Made by a program: the position numbers and the translations under genes | Shown: in pieces, positions 12,170 to 25,535 of the stretch | Layout: the number at the start of each line of letters is the position of its first letter | Numbering within the stretch: position 1 is the stretch's first letter | Notes under the pieces: generated by a model | The model's database searches: none | Seen by the model: only the letters and a program-made list of their open reading frames with translations | Told to the model about the DNA's origin: nothing | Assembly (NCBI RefSeq): GCF_018350175.1 | Contig: NC_058382.1 | Coordinates: 55,492,001-55,556,000, forward strand | From: Felis catus | Taxonomy: Eukaryota | DNA: 64,000 nt | Direction: 5' to 3'

Positions 12170-12903
12170 ATCCATGGAACACATTTGTGGGCCTGCCGAC
12201 AATACTGACTTCATCTCATTCATGTTTCCTTAGTGACCTATCTTGGGGTTACGTATTCCAGGCCCCTTGGAGATGAACATACATACCTTAGAAATGCCCA
12301 CCAAGGCTGGGATGCTTGGGAGAGGCTTGTTTTGGCCTCCCATGAATCTCTTAGAGATAACATAACCTCTCCGCCCCACTTTTCAAAAAATGTTTATTTA
12401 TTTTGAGAGAGAGCGAGCATATGTGTGTGTGGGGAGAGGCAGAGAGAATCCCAAGCAGGCTCCGTGCTAGGAGTGCAGAGCTCAAACTCACCACCTGTGA
12501 GATCATGACCTGAGCCGAAATCATGAGTCAGACGCTTAACCGACTGAGCCACCCAGGCGCCCCTCTTTCTCTTCTTGATACAGGTGGTGCCAACAGATCC
12601 TCTTAAGGATTATCTGTCAGCTGTGTGCAAGCTGTTTGAGGTGCATTTGAACCCTTTCATCTCAGTACATTGCTCTTCTGCATGTCCCTTCCCTTTATAA
12701 ATTCAGTAGACTAAGGTCTGGATTTTGCAGAGAATAACTGTGCAGCTGCTGTGGGTCATCTTCTGTCCGATTCCACCTTGTCAGTAAGTTACCTTGAATA
12801 AAACTCTGTGAACTGTATGAAGTGGCCTGCTTTGTTTTCCAGTCTCAAAGTGCCTTCTCGGTTTGGGGGGTATACTTTACTGTCTCTCTTCCACCTTATA
12901 ACA
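12170..12903 (+). mobile_element. Probable LTR remnant, interrupted by a SINE
   Basis: TTTATAAA (~12694), AATAAA (~12797) and a terminal TTATAACA (12903), in U3-R-U5 order. The 5' end is unclear. Confidence 0.55.
12380..12563 (-). mobile_element. Can-SINE with internal deletion
   Basis: Head at 12563; GAATCCCAAGCAGGCTC body. Confidence 0.9.
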
Positions 12904-13704
12904 TTTCGTCTCGCAGAACTGAAATTCTGTACCCATTAAACACTCTCCATTCCCTCCTCTCCTGTAACTACTATTGTATTTTTTATCTCTGATTTTGACT
13001 TCTGTTCAGAATTTTGAAAGTTCTTGGGAGCAGAGGTGAAGAAGTGACCCATGAATGAGCACATGTCTTGACAGCTTAAGAGGAAAACAGTTCCTGGCAG
13101 AAATAAGATCATATATACATCAGCTAAGGGTGCTAGGAGCTCCACACCTTCCCTATGGACTTCTGTTGCACACCGGATTCTGATTCATTTTCATAAAACA
13201 TTGTCTTCATCATGTCGCTCTCCTGCTCCAAATTTTATAGTAACTGTTATTATCTGAGAGATAAAGGTCAGATTCAACAACCTGACACTCAAATTTCTAC
13301 ATTTTTATTTGACAGTGAAAATACATATAATGAAACTAGTCCCCAAAGTCTCATCCCACCCATCAAAATGTAATGAGAAGTGATTTAAGAGTAATAGTGT
13401 AATTTTAACTTTGAATTAAACCACCTGACTGGGAAGATAACTCCTGGATCGCTCTATGTTCCTAAGTTCTGGAATACAGAGAATAAGTCTCACGCTCAGT
13501 ATGTGTTAACCTGTTGAAGTTACAAACCCAAGGAAATGTCATTTTGGGGAAGATATTTCTATAGGTCTTCACACAATTCTGAATCCTTTCATCATGGAAT
13601 TTGTTTGAAGTGTGAAAACTTCTCATTTCTTCCGATTACTGGATCCATCAAGAAAAGGTCCCTTGAGTGTCTTTGCTCTTGTATGTAGCAGATATTATCT
13701 AAGG

Positions 13705-14352
13705 CTGTACAGCCCAATGTAGTAAGCCTACTTATATAGCTACTGAGCACTTGAAATGTGGCTGTTGTGACCGAGGAACTGAATATTTAATTTTAATTAA
13801 ATTTGAAAACTAACTGTAAAATATTTTCTCATTATACACATTTTATTGTTTTGGAAGGACTGCATTTCACTTTAACCTTGGAAAATTTAGTGTCCCAAGT
13901 TTAGGTGAGCTATACATGTAAAATACATGTTGTATTTCAAAGACTTGGAACAACAAGACAAAATGCAAAATATCTTAATGTTGTTTTTCAGATTGATGAC
14001 TTGTTGAAATAATAGTTTGGATGTATTTGGTTTAAATAAAATCTAGCATTAAACTTAATTTCATTTGTTTCTTTTTTTTTTAATTTTTTTTTCAACATTT
14101 ATTTATTTTTGGGACAGAGAGAGACAGAGCATGAACGGGGGAGGGGCAGAGAGAGAGGGAGACACAGAATCAGAAACAGGCTCCAGGCTCTGAGCCATCA
14201 GCCCAGAGCCCGACGTGGGGCTCGAACTCACGGACTGCGAGATCGTGACCTGGCTGAAGTCGGACGCTTAACCGACTGCGCCACCCAGGCGCCCCTCATT
14301 TGTTTCTTTTTTAATGAGGCTGTGATAAAATGTAAAATTACGTGGCTCACAT
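13705..14352. mobile_element. hAT-Charlie1-derived element, split by a SINE
   Basis: GAGCACTTGAAATGTGGCT at the left end and TGTAAAATTACGTGGCTCACATT at the right end. Confidence 0.7.
14072..14295 (-). mobile_element. Young SINEC_Fc-type SINE
   Basis: TSD TCATTTGTTTCTTTTTT; near-identical to 4902-5137. Confidence 0.97.
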
Positions 14353-14419
14353 TTCTCCCTCTCTGTTTCTCTATTTTTGTTTTTTTGTTTGTTTTGCATG
14401 TACCAAAAATTGATAATGG

Positions 14420-14770
14420 CTTATTAAATAAAATGGGAATTTAGTAGAATGATACTGGGTAGTCCCTAGAAGTAATAACAGCCTGAGAACAAGGCCAAGT
14501 TAAAAGGTCGGAAACCAGGGCAGCCCAAGGATCTCAGAAGCAGGAATTAACTTAGTGCCCCCGCAAGAATGACAGACACCAACAGATTTCTCTGCTGTCA
14601 GGGCATTCAAGATGTCAAAGTCTAGGAGAGCATCAAGGCCTGGTTTATAGTCCTTGAAGGACTATACAGAATGGAGGAGGGTAATTCTTTAAAGAAAATT
14701 TGGGTGCTGTAACCCGAAGAGATAATGTTTGTAACAGCCAAAACAGCAGTGTTAAGGACAAATACCTGTT
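14420..14770 (-). mobile_element. Old MaLR LTR fragment
   Basis: AAGAAAATTTGGGTGCTGT motif of an antisense MLT1. Confidence 0.4.
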
Positions 14771-16059
14771 TGAGGCAGGAAGGAAGAGGGTTCTATTGAT
14801 GTAGCCCTGAAGGACAAAGAATTCAGTTGGGAAACTCACATCCAGCATCAAATCTACCCTTCCTCATGTGCTCCTTCTTACTGCTCACCTGTTTAATAAT
14901 CAAGTGTTTATTGGCCGCCTTTTATATGCAAATTGTGACTAGGTCAATGGGCCAAAAAAATCTCATTAGTATAATACATCCTTTCTGTTCTTACATTTAG
15001 TTGCTTGCCAAGTCCTCTATCAATTACTTATTTGTGGTTATCTTGGTTAAATTAGAATTTACTGCTTAAAGTTACCTTATAAGACATCCAGGTAAGTAGT
15101 TCCTAAACATTGGTCAGATGTGGTTATAGAATGATCAGGAAAAATTAAAACATTTCAAAACCAAAAATCATTCCTTATTCCTGGATGGTTCTAATGATCA
15201 GGCAGGTTTTGGAAACTGCTGAGTTAGACGAATCTCCTAACTGTGTATACCAAATTGCATCAACTCAGAATTCAGGTTTGTGAACTTTGCATTTAGCTTT
15301 CTTTTTATCGTGCCCTAGTCATCCTTTCTTTTCCATTGTTACGAACCTATCCCTGGACTTACTGGCTAAATCTTACTACTTTATGATTGTGTGATAGCCT
15401 AGACTCATATTTTTTCTACCTCCTGTCTTTTTCACTCTTTAACAAATATTTTTGAGCATCTGCTTTGCTCCTGGCCCTTTGGTTGGTTCTAGGGAAACCA
15501 CTCCTCCCCTGAGGACATGCCACAGACAAGATACAGGTCCTTAATACTGAGAAAGATGGGTTATGGCAGGGAAACGAATCTGGATTTGAGAACCTTGGAG
15601 AGCCTTTCTTGTGGAAGTGACATCTAAGCTGAGACCTCAGAGCGGATTAAGAATATGCCAGACAAACAAGGAAAAGGGCCAGGAGTGAAGGAGTGTTTCA
15701 GTCAGGTGGAAAGGGGTTTGAATGATGCTTATTGTGTAAGTGACAAGTCTGGAGAGGCAAGGGCCAGATGTCTAAAGATCATATGTTAATTTGGTAGAAT
15801 TTTGAAAGATGCTATGAAGCTAGTGTCTTAAGCAGGAGAATGACACTTCAAAATTGTACAATAGAGTTATGTCATTCTTGAGATCACTCTTGCTGAAAGT
15901 GGAGTAGGGAAATGGAAGTAAAAACAAGGCAGGGAGAAAGCCTGATCCTTAAGTCATCTCAAATATTCTCAAGATTATTACTAATTTCTTCTAGATTAAT
16001 TTCTTACTTTAAGTAGTTAATCCTATTATTTTAGTAAAGGCTGGTGGTCAAGGCTTCCT

Positions 16060-16132
16060 CTGTCTTCTAGCCTTGTCTAGCCTTGTCTTCTAGCCTTCTA
16101 GCCTTGTCTCCTAGCTTTTTAGCCTTGTCTTG
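16060..16132. repeat. Short imperfect tandem array of CTAGCCTT(GT) units
   Basis: About six TAGC(C/T)TT copies in ~70 bp. Confidence 0.85.
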
Positions 16133-17743
16133 TATACCTCGATTTAGTGTCTTCTAACCAAACAGATCTAGACAGTGTGCCTATACACATTCCACATTTA
16201 CCCAACGTGTAAATAATCATACTGCCTTTTATTTCTGGAATGATGCCTGGAATGCCTTTCAACTCTTCAAATCTTGCCCATCTCTGAACCCAATTCAGAT
16301 TTTGCCCTCCTCTTACATCAACTGAAAATGATGATTTCCTTTTTCTTTCCAAATGCTGATAGGGCTGTTTTATAGTTTAAGTTATTGTTACCTAACATGA
16401 TTGCAGGTGCTGGGGGACAGTTCTGAGTTTTATAGTTACCTGAATCTTTCACAGCTTCAAGCAGTTAATATACTTAATAAATACTTATTGAATGAATAAG
16501 TGAAAAACTGCTCTTTAAAATAGGCGAGACAGCATTTTTAAAAAATATTCACATTCTTTAATGTGTAAGCCCCAGAATACCTAACCAATTATATCTAGCT
16601 GAATTGACATTAAAAAAATTTTTTTTTTCATTTTGCAAAACAAAAAAATAATTGAAAGGCCAAGGATGTGGTAATGAAACCAGCTTATTTTCCTGTACTA
16701 ATTCTATTCAAAATATTCTATTCAGTTAAAAGATACGATATCTTTGGACTTTCTGTGGAAGTTTCCAAAGGAGCCAGTTGCCATGGGGATTATGAAGAGG
16801 AAAAAATTAAAAAAATATGACCAATTTATACAAATGAAACCAGTATGTCCAAACTTGGAAGACTTTTGTAAAGGACAGAAGAAGTTCTCAGAAAGAAAAA
16901 GAATGTGGAAATAAAATGTTAGGGGAACATGCTATGATTGTGGAAGTCAAGCCACAGCTAAGATGGACATTTATTTTTCCCCAAGGGGAAATTGTGCGTT
17001 GACTAATAATAAGGAGGAACAAAGGAAAGGTCTTAAAGCAGAGGGCTGGAGAGACTACATAGTCTTCTTTTTTACCCATGGCAGGTTCTTCTTCCTCATA
17101 AAAAAGAGAGCTCTGGTTACAGAAGTCCAAGTCTGTAGTTGAAAAGGAGGCTGTTGGGAATTTGAACCAAACCAAATCATTGGCTCTCACTGTTTTATAT
17201 CCCCTACCACTCTTAAGAATATGAGTCCTTTTTTATTTTACAAAAATAAAAAGCCCATTATTTTTCTTACAAGGATAGTTAATGTTTGTAGCCTTTCTGT
17301 TATTATTTGTAAATTTTGCAGACATTATAATGCGTTTTGCCTTTTGGAGGAATATTTCCTGTCACAACTTTAAAATTAGAAAACAAGTACCTACTCTCCT
17401 AGATTATTACCTGTTTGCTCTGAGTATGCCTGAAAAATCGATGGCAGGCGCATTCAGCACTGTACCCTCACCTAGATGGCCTTGGTTGATGGAGAGTGAA
17501 TCCTTAATTCTGATGCTGCTTGTGAGTCTTTCTCTGGTGTTCTTGTCACAGTTGGAAATTCCTGGCCTAGAGGACATGAACAAGGCAGGGCAGGGGGTTT
17601 TGTTTCAAAAGTGAACAATTAAAGAAATGAAGTTGTGTTTTTGAATCCCTTTAAAGTATAAAAGACGAGAACTATCAATGATGTTTGTGATAAAAAGGAA
17701 AAGAATTAGATATTATATTCCTTTGATTAAAAAAACTCCATTA

Positions 17744-17960
17744 GGGGCGCCTGGGTGGCGCAGTCGGTTAAGCGTCCGACTTCAGCCAGGTCACGATCTC
17801 GTGGTCCGTGAGTTCGAGCCCCGCGTCAGGCTCTGGGCTGATGACTTAGAGCCTGGAGCCTGTTTCCGATTCTGTGTCTCCCTCTCTCTCTGCCCCTCCT
17901 CCGTTCATGCTCTGTCTCTCTCTCTCCCAAAAATAAATAAACGTTGAAAAAAAAAACAAA
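17744..17960 (+). mobile_element. Young SINEC_Fc-type SINE
   Basis: TSD AAAAAACTCCATTA. Confidence 0.97.
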
Positions 17961-18060
17961 AAAAAACTCCATTAGTTTTCCAAATTACAATGTATTAAAA
18001 AAGTAATATATTTCACTGTAGCCAATACAGAAATACAGAAATGTATTAAGAAAAAGTCAC

Positions 18061-18284
18061 AGGGCACCTTGGTGGCTCAGTCGATTAAGTGTCCGACTTC
18101 AGCTCAGGTCATGTTCTCATGGTTCATGGGTTCAAGCCCCACATTGGGCTCTGTGCTGACAGCTCACAGCCTGGAGTCTGCTTCAGATTCTGTATTTCCC
18201 TTGCTCTCTGCCCCTCCCCCGCTCATATTCTGTCTCTTTCTGTCTCTCAAAAATAAATAAAAATTTTGAAAAAAGAAAAAAAAA
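18061..18284 (+). mobile_element. Can-SINE
   Basis: Head, CT tract and A tail. Confidence 0.92.
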
Positions 18285-19271
18285 GCCTTAGCTACTTTAC
18301 TCCCCCAACTCCCATTGCTCAGAGGCAACTTCGGTTACATCCTTTGGCTTTAAAAGTTGGCAATAAAAACAAAACAACAAAAAACCTTTAAAAAAAACTT
18401 TGTATCTTTTGAATTGTTTTAAGAAAGAGATGTGGTTTTGATAGTAAGAAGGCATTGCAAAGTGTTATAATCTCTTTTGTTTGTCAGATATGCTTGCAGC
18501 TGTTTCTTTGTTTCATTGTTTTTCTCAGTTTCTGGAGAAGATTTGGCCATGACCTACTACCACCATTGGGTGGCAGCCTGAATTGGAACCCCTTAAGAAG
18601 TGAGTTCATCCTTGTCATTGGGTGATGTGCATTTCACCTTACAAATGATAACTTTGCACAGATGTTTTTAAATGAAGTGTTGAATAAAAATTTCCTCTTG
18701 TTTCGAACAAGAATGTGTGAAACAGAGAGCGAGAGAACACAGCAAAGGATATTCCTAGTGACCAGATGTCTGGAAGAAAATCCTCTTTTCCATTAAGCCA
18801 TTTTGCTCTTGCACATCTATTTGCAACAGCTCAAGAGCCACCAAACCCTCTTAACTCTGTGAGGATCAAATGAGATAACATATGTGAAAACACCTTACCA
18901 AATGCACAAAACTGTGCAGATGTGAAAGATGGTTATTCTTACAGCACAAATGCAGGCTGCTTTTATAGCCACTTTTATTGGCATGGTTGCTTTTTAAATG
19001 GAGTATTCTGTATGAATTAGCAAACACAAACTAAAATCTATATAAAATAAATTGCATGTCTCTATTTAAGTTCGTTTAAACCCAAATGTAAGATCTCATA
19101 CTTCTGGGCTGGCAGGAATGAACTAAATTTATTAGTGCTGTCCTGTTCCAAATGTGCAAATGTTCAGGGTCTTAAATGCTGCTGCGAAGCATAGTGAAAA
19201 ATCTCTCTGGTTACTGATCATTAGGTCTCACTGGACACTATGGAGATGGCCATTGTTCAGCCAGCTTGGTG

Positions 19272-19448
19272 CTTTTATGAATGTATGTATATATGGATGT
19301 ATGTATTTAGAAAGAATGAATCCGAAACAGGCTCCACGTTGTCAGCTCAGAGCCCAATGTGGGACTCAGTTCCATGAACAGTGATATCATGACCTGAGCT
19401 GAAATCAAGACTCAAATGCTCAACTGACTCAGCCACCCAGGCACCCCC
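19272..19448 (-). mobile_element. Can-SINE, degenerate
   Basis: Head at 19448; the tail has decayed to (ATGT)n-like sequence. Confidence 0.85.
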
Positions 19449-20897
19449 AGCTTGGTCCTTTTAGATTCTTCTTCACTGTTTCTAGTCCATGCTTGGTGCT
19501 CAAAAATCTTTGAAAGGACTGGGGGCCAAGTGTCAACCTCTCTGGGTGCACCACATAGACTTCCTTGCCTTTCTAGGTTCTGGGTCTCACTGGGCCTTTG
19601 GAACCATGACCTCTTTCCAATATTGAGAACACATTTCCTCTTTCCTTTTTCTGCCGTAGAAGTTACTTTGGCTATCCCATCTGCTTCCAGGCCACATAGA
19701 TATACCTCTTTAGTCAGTGTCAGCTTTGACAAAAGTCTGGAAGAGCTGTAGAATCCATGCAACTTCTGCTCTGTGCCCTGTTAGATATTAAGGGCTTGGT
19801 TGCCTTCTTGGAAATGTTGTAGTGTGCCTAGAGTAAACACAAACTAAAAACTCAAAAAATTATTATGCTCCTCCAGCAAAATAAAGACTTTCTCTTGGCT
19901 TCAGCAGTGCTTGTATGTATCCTTGTGTCTGGGTGAGTAGAGCATACGTTATCTTCTTGATTTCTTGATTCTACATAGAGTCTTAGAGGACTGTTTTCCT
20001 GTTTTCATTCAGTTGCAATAATTCCAATATAACAGAAAAAGGAGAACACTTCCTCATTAACTCTAAAAAGCAATAATTATAATATTTTATAATTTATACT
20101 TGTTGATAAATACCTCCCATAACATTAGTGAACATTGCTTCTCTGGGCTGGTTATTGTATTTGGATTTTTATAGTAACATTCAAACGACAAAGAAGCTGA
20201 GTTACTTTCTGTTTGTGCTGCTTAGGGGATAGGTATTAGGAATGATTAGTTTTGCTGATTAAATTATCTAATCAGAAATTAATTGCTGAATTATTGAATA
20301 CATAGTGAATTGAATACATAGTTTGGCACTTAATAAATTTTAAGGATAGAAAATGTTTTAAAGTTTTTTATTATGGAAAACTTCAAAAATATTCAAAGGT
20401 ACAGAGACTAGACTAACATTCATGTACTCGCCAATCAGCTTTATTGTCAACTCATGGCCAATTTCGTTTTACTTATGTCCCCCTAATTTCCGTGTTTCCA
20501 CCCCTCTTCCAATTATTTTGAGGTGAATTCTAGGCATCCTATAATTTATCTGTAAAAAATTCAGTAGGTATTTTTAAGTGGTAAGGATTTCAAAAAGAAA
20601 AAAACACACAGCATAATCACAATACTGTCATCACTCTTAAAAGTTAATGATGAAAGAACACTTTATTCTTTTTTTTTGTATTATTTGTTTTTTAAAATTT
20701 AATATTAAATTTTATGTCAACAGTAAGTCTAAACATATTAACGTATCCTGAAAGATATCCAGGATATGTTGGGAAGTGAAAGAGCAAGTAATAGAATAAT
20801 TTTTATAACATGGTTCAATTTCTATTTTAAAAATTATATCTATTTTTGTTTAAGCAAAAATTAGAAACATACTTCAAGCCAAGAACTGTTGTTACCC

Positions 20898-21114
20898 TTT
20901 TTTATTTAAAAAACATTTTTTTGTGTTTATTTTTGAGAGAGAGAGCAAGCAAGCAGGGGATGGGCAGAGAGAGAGGGAGACCCAGAATCCAAAGCGGGCT
21001 CCAGGCTCTGAACTGTCAGTACAGAGCCTGACACGGGAGTCAAACTCACAAACTGTGAGATCATGACCTGAGCTGATGTCAGATGCTTAACCAACTGAGC
21101 CACCCAGATGCCCC
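20898..21114 (-). mobile_element. Can-SINE
   Basis: TSD CTGTTGTTAC. Confidence 0.92.
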
Positions 21115-22421
21115 TGTTGTTACTTTTTAAAGTAAGAATAATCAGAGTTGGTATTAGGGATGAGAAAAGGGCTCTCACTTTTAACCTATTCTTAAGTGGT
21201 TTTTATTGTTAAAAAATGTGTATTAGTTTTGGAAGTAAATTTTGAAAAAATAACTTATGAAAGGAAAAACTTAAACAAATTAACATGAGAGACAGTTTCA
21301 GGTATGTCCTGTCCAGATACTGTCTCTCAAGTTGAATAATCTTACTCCTGGGTTAATAAGAGTAGCAGTTACCAGGCACTTTCACAGGTCCTTCCAATCT
21401 GATTACTTATTTCTCACCATAACTCTTTGAGGTGAGTATTCCCATTTCACAGATGAAGACTCACAATCTAGAGCAGTTAACTAACCTGCCAGAAGTTTAG
21501 AAGAGGCTGACCAGGCTAAGGAACCTAGATCCTGGGGCTCCCCTGCCCATGCTTTCATTACTTCCATGAAACATTCCACTTCCCTTGGTTTTGAAGTTCT
21601 CACTTCACAGAATGAATTTTATTATTTCACTTCGTTCTGGTTTGACTCTTTTTTTAAAGTTCCATATTAGCTTTAACTGCTCTATTTTACTATAAACTCA
21701 ATGCTCAGGCAAGGTAGAAGAGTAATACCTCTCATTTTCCGCCGTGTCCATAGAATCTGGCCCTGAAGGACTAAAGGGAGAAACAACACAAAAAAGAACT
21801 TCATGCTTTTCTGGTTTAAGAAACATTTAAAGGACAGGCAGATGGTTCTTGTCATTAGCGCCTTTCTGTGCAGTTCTCCAGCTGCCTAACCTTTCTTTCT
21901 TGGTGGAAAATGTCATAAAGCTCTTCTTAATTTATCTATTCTATAAACATAAGACAAAGAGATTACAAGTGTATGAGAATAGAAATGCCCAGCACTTTTA
22001 TTTGTAGTACATTCCAAATCATAAATGTAAACAAGCTGTAATTATCTTTTTAAAAAAGTTGTTATAGATTAGTTCCTGCATACTTAGCAAACTTACTGTG
22101 TGCCCAAAAGAAAACTGTCTTTAACCCAAATACATTTGATCCTTACAAAATTTTGCTAAAATTATTCAAGTGATTATTTAAGGTGAGTAGTTTGAGATTT
22201 TCTGCCCTTCGAACTCCTTTCCTGTAGCCATCCCATCAAGGGTCATAGGAACTCCAGAGTCTAGGTTGAGAAAATGCTCCTCACAAGACAGAGTCTTCCA
22301 GAACTTAGACCACTTGATGTCTCTCTTTACACACAGTGAAAAATATAGCAAGTAGGAACTACTTCACTGACAGCAGGAAGATACTGTCCAATCCTGCTTG
22401 TATTATAAAAATAAGATTACA

Positions 22422-22600
22422 GGGGCACTCAGGTGGCTCAGTTGGTTAAACGTCTGACTCTTGGTTTCGGCTCAGGTCATGATCTCACGGTTCATGGGAT
22501 CAAGCCCCACTTCAGGCTCTACACTGACAGCGTGGAGCCTGCTTGGGATTCTCTCTTTCTCTCTCAAAATAAATAAATAAGCATTAAAAAAAAATAAAAT
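22422..22600 (+). mobile_element. Can-SINE, followed by a 3'-half SINE fragment at ~22640-22740
   Basis: Head and A tail; a second TTGGGATTCTCTC...CT tract and A-rich tail lies downstream. Confidence 0.9.
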
Positions 22601-23469
22601 GATTCTAGATTTTGATCACTTAGATTTAAAATTTTGCCTGGGTTTGGGATTCTCTCCCTCTCTCTCTCTCTGCCTCTCTCTCTTCCCCTCTCTTGCTCAT
22701 GTTATCTCTGTCTCTCTCAAAAAACAAAAACAAACCTAAAAATTCTGCCTTCCAGACAAGCTGAATTACAGGTCACTTTAGTGGATAGTTCACAGGGTTT
22801 TGAGAAATAAATTTAATATTGATTCTTCTGCAATGTGTAGCTATACTCTGTGTCTCTGTGTCTGGGTTCTCCAAAGAGGATATTTGAGGAATCTCATAAG
22901 TACTAGTAATTATGTTTGGTGAGATGGTTTAAAATAATTCAGTTCTAACTCTTGTAGGAGGCTCTGACAGAGGAGAGACTTTTTGCTCTAAAGGGGAAAG
23001 AATTTTCCACTGCCTAATGTAGCATACTTTGGCAGATTTTTGGTTAATTTAGAAGCCATATGGTAGGAAACCCCACTCTTTAGCCTGCCTTCTAAATTAG
23101 GTCTCTCACCAGTGTCTGGGGCAGTTCATGAAGTTTGCTCTGATAAACTGCAACCTTGTTCCTCCAAGGAGTTGTATTTTCCTGTGACTTATATACCATT
23201 GTTGGCTTTTTAGTTTTTTCTTCCTCTGGATCATCTTGCAGTTGATGTTAGTAGAAAGTGTCCAGACATGTGTTTTTGGTTGTATATGATAAATGTAACT
23301 TTAATATAAATTATTTGGCAGAGAAGAATGTCTGTAAGGTCACAACTTTCTTGACACTTTAAGTGTTAGGGTTGGAAATTTTTTTAAAGATCTCTGCCCA
23401 ACTCTCTAATTCATTAAGAAACTGGCTCTAACAAGGTCAAGAAATTACTGGCAATTGCAGGACTAGAGA

Positions 23470-23722
23470 GGTTGTATTGTACTATGGTTAAGTGCCTTGG
23501 CTCTGATGTCCCAGGGTCTGGGTTTGAATCCTGCTTCTGCCACTTATGAACTCTATGACCTTGTGCAACTTACATCACCTCTCTGTGCCTCCATTTCCAC
23601 ATTTGAGAATGGGATGATCATAATACATAGTTTTCAGGGCTATTATGAGGATTAAATAAATGAATATGATTTAAACACTTGGCACAGTGCCTGGTACATA
23701 GTGAGTAGTGAATAAATGCTAT
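23470..23722 (+). mobile_element. MIR
   Basis: TGGGTTTGAATCCTGCTTCTGCCACTT, TGACCTTG and CAGTGCCTGGTACATAG motifs. Confidence 0.8.
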
Positions 23723-24439
23723 TAAAATTAGAGCTCATGTTTCCTACCTCTCAGTTGATTGCTTTATAGTTGCACCACATTGTTTCTCCTGATATCCCTT
23801 AGAGTAAAATATTTTAATAGAGTTATTTCTCATTAGAGTTGATTAAATATTTCAGAACAGAACACATACTTAACGAATACCATCTTAACCATTTTTTTTC
23901 CCATTTGAGAGATGGACGTGTAATAAATGAAGAATTTGGAATGAAATGAAAAATTAAATGATGTATGTCTGAGTATATTCAGGTAGCCATTATATAATAA
24001 ATTAGTTTTTAATACAGCTCTGATTCCTAATTTGCATAAACAATTGACCACTTTAGTGGCTCGTTAGATAAATTGAGCCCAACTAACCAATACAAATGTA
24101 TCACAAATGCATATCTGGAATGTGAAACTTACTGGAAACTCATTGGAACTGAAATTTCCAGTAAGGGGAACCCTTGGTTTTTTCAATAAAAGAGGAAATA
24201 TCTATTCTGGGTTCATGTAGAAGATATGGATTTAGCAATGATTTGTTCTTTGATTATAATCACTTAGTGCCTTTTAAAGAGATTTGCAGCTCTCTGTGAA
24301 GACCTACTGTTATAGCAACAGTGGCCAATCTTCTTCTATGCATGATACTGTCTACCAGTTATACTGTTAGTGCCAGCTGTATACATTAAAATGTGTGCCG
24401 TGAGTTCAGCCCTATTGCTAGTCTTGTTAGGTAGTCACT

Positions 24440-25000
24440 TGAGGCTCTCTACTTCCCTGTCATTCTCACTAGCCTTTTTCTTCCTAGTAGAACCCTATTT
24501 TTTCTCAAATATTGGGTGGCCATGAGCTTTAGGGGAATTTGGGGTTTCCCTCAGCCTTCAGGGGAAGTGAATCTTGAATAGTCCAAACCAGATATTCCAA
24601 TTCTAATTATTACCCTTCCAGTGATTGATCTAGACAATTTTGGCCAGTGAGAACTGGAGATAGTCTTTGAGGAGGACAGTGCTTCATGTAAAATTTATGT
24701 GTATAAGGAGACACTTCTGTCTCTGATTATTGTCATATTTATATACTGCCTGGAATTGCAGAAACCATCTTCGTACCCTGAGGAGGACCAGCCTCAGGGG
24801 ACAAGCCGGCGTGCTTATAATTGACAGAGTGGACAGATGGAAAGGACCTGGGTCCTTCTTGATGTCTATGAATTACCAAGTGAACTCTCCCTGAAGCTGC
24901 TCTACCTCTAGACCTCTTATTTTCTAATATAACAAAAGACATTATTTAAGCCAATTTTACTCAGCTTTCTTTTTTCAACAGAAACATGCTAACTGATACA
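24440..25000 (+). mobile_element. Old MaLR LTR (MLT1J/K-like)
   Basis: TTATTTAAGCCA...CTAACTGATACA terminus. Confidence 0.55.
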
Positions 25001-25291
25001 ATGTAAAATCATGTAATTATAATTCTGGTCTCTTTATATTTTTTTGATTGTAGTTGCCAAAATGAGCTGACGTCTGGAAATTGCTCAGCATGACCAGGCA
25101 TAGCATGGGCCTTGTCCCATGGTTTCACTCGCCAATGTCCAGTCTCTTTAGAAGTGTAAGTATTTAAACTTCTATTAACCAACAACATTTCTTTATATCT
25201 TGAGTTAATGTTTTAGGTACAATTGTATAAATAGTAAATGATACGATTATTAATCTCACAGGGTTCCATTTTGTTGCAGTTTCTTTTTCCT

Positions 25292-25535
25292 CTTTTTAAA
25301 ATTACTTATTTTGAGAGAGACAGAGAGAGAGAGTGAGTGAGAGCAAGAGTAAGAGTGCACACATGCACAAAAGAAGGGAAGGGGCAGAGGGAGAAGGAGA
25401 GAGAATCCTAAACAGGCACTGCGTTGCCAGCACAGAGTCTGATGTGGGGCTTGATCTCACTCACAAACAGTGATATCATGACTTGAGCTGAAATCAGGAG
25501 TCAGACACTCAACTCACTGAGCTGCCCAGGCACCC
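25292..25535 (-). mobile_element. Can-SINE
   Basis: Head, CT tract and A tail. Confidence 0.9.

Noticed and set aside
16060..16132. CRISPR-like or regulatory array
   Set aside because: Simple slippage repeat without unique spacers, in a mammalian genome.
16783..16914. Short Lys-rich ORF MGIMKRKKLKKYDQF...
   Set aside because: A-rich composition, no recognisable homology and no exon or retrocopy hallmarks.
17744..17830. tRNA-like A/B-box sequence
   Set aside because: tRNA-derived SINE head, not a tRNA gene; the same applies to the other SINEs.
24128..24165. 11-bp perfect inverted repeat CTTACTGGAAA/TTTCCAGTAAG
   Set aside because: A hairpin of this size is not unexpected by chance in 64 kb, and it has no supporting context.
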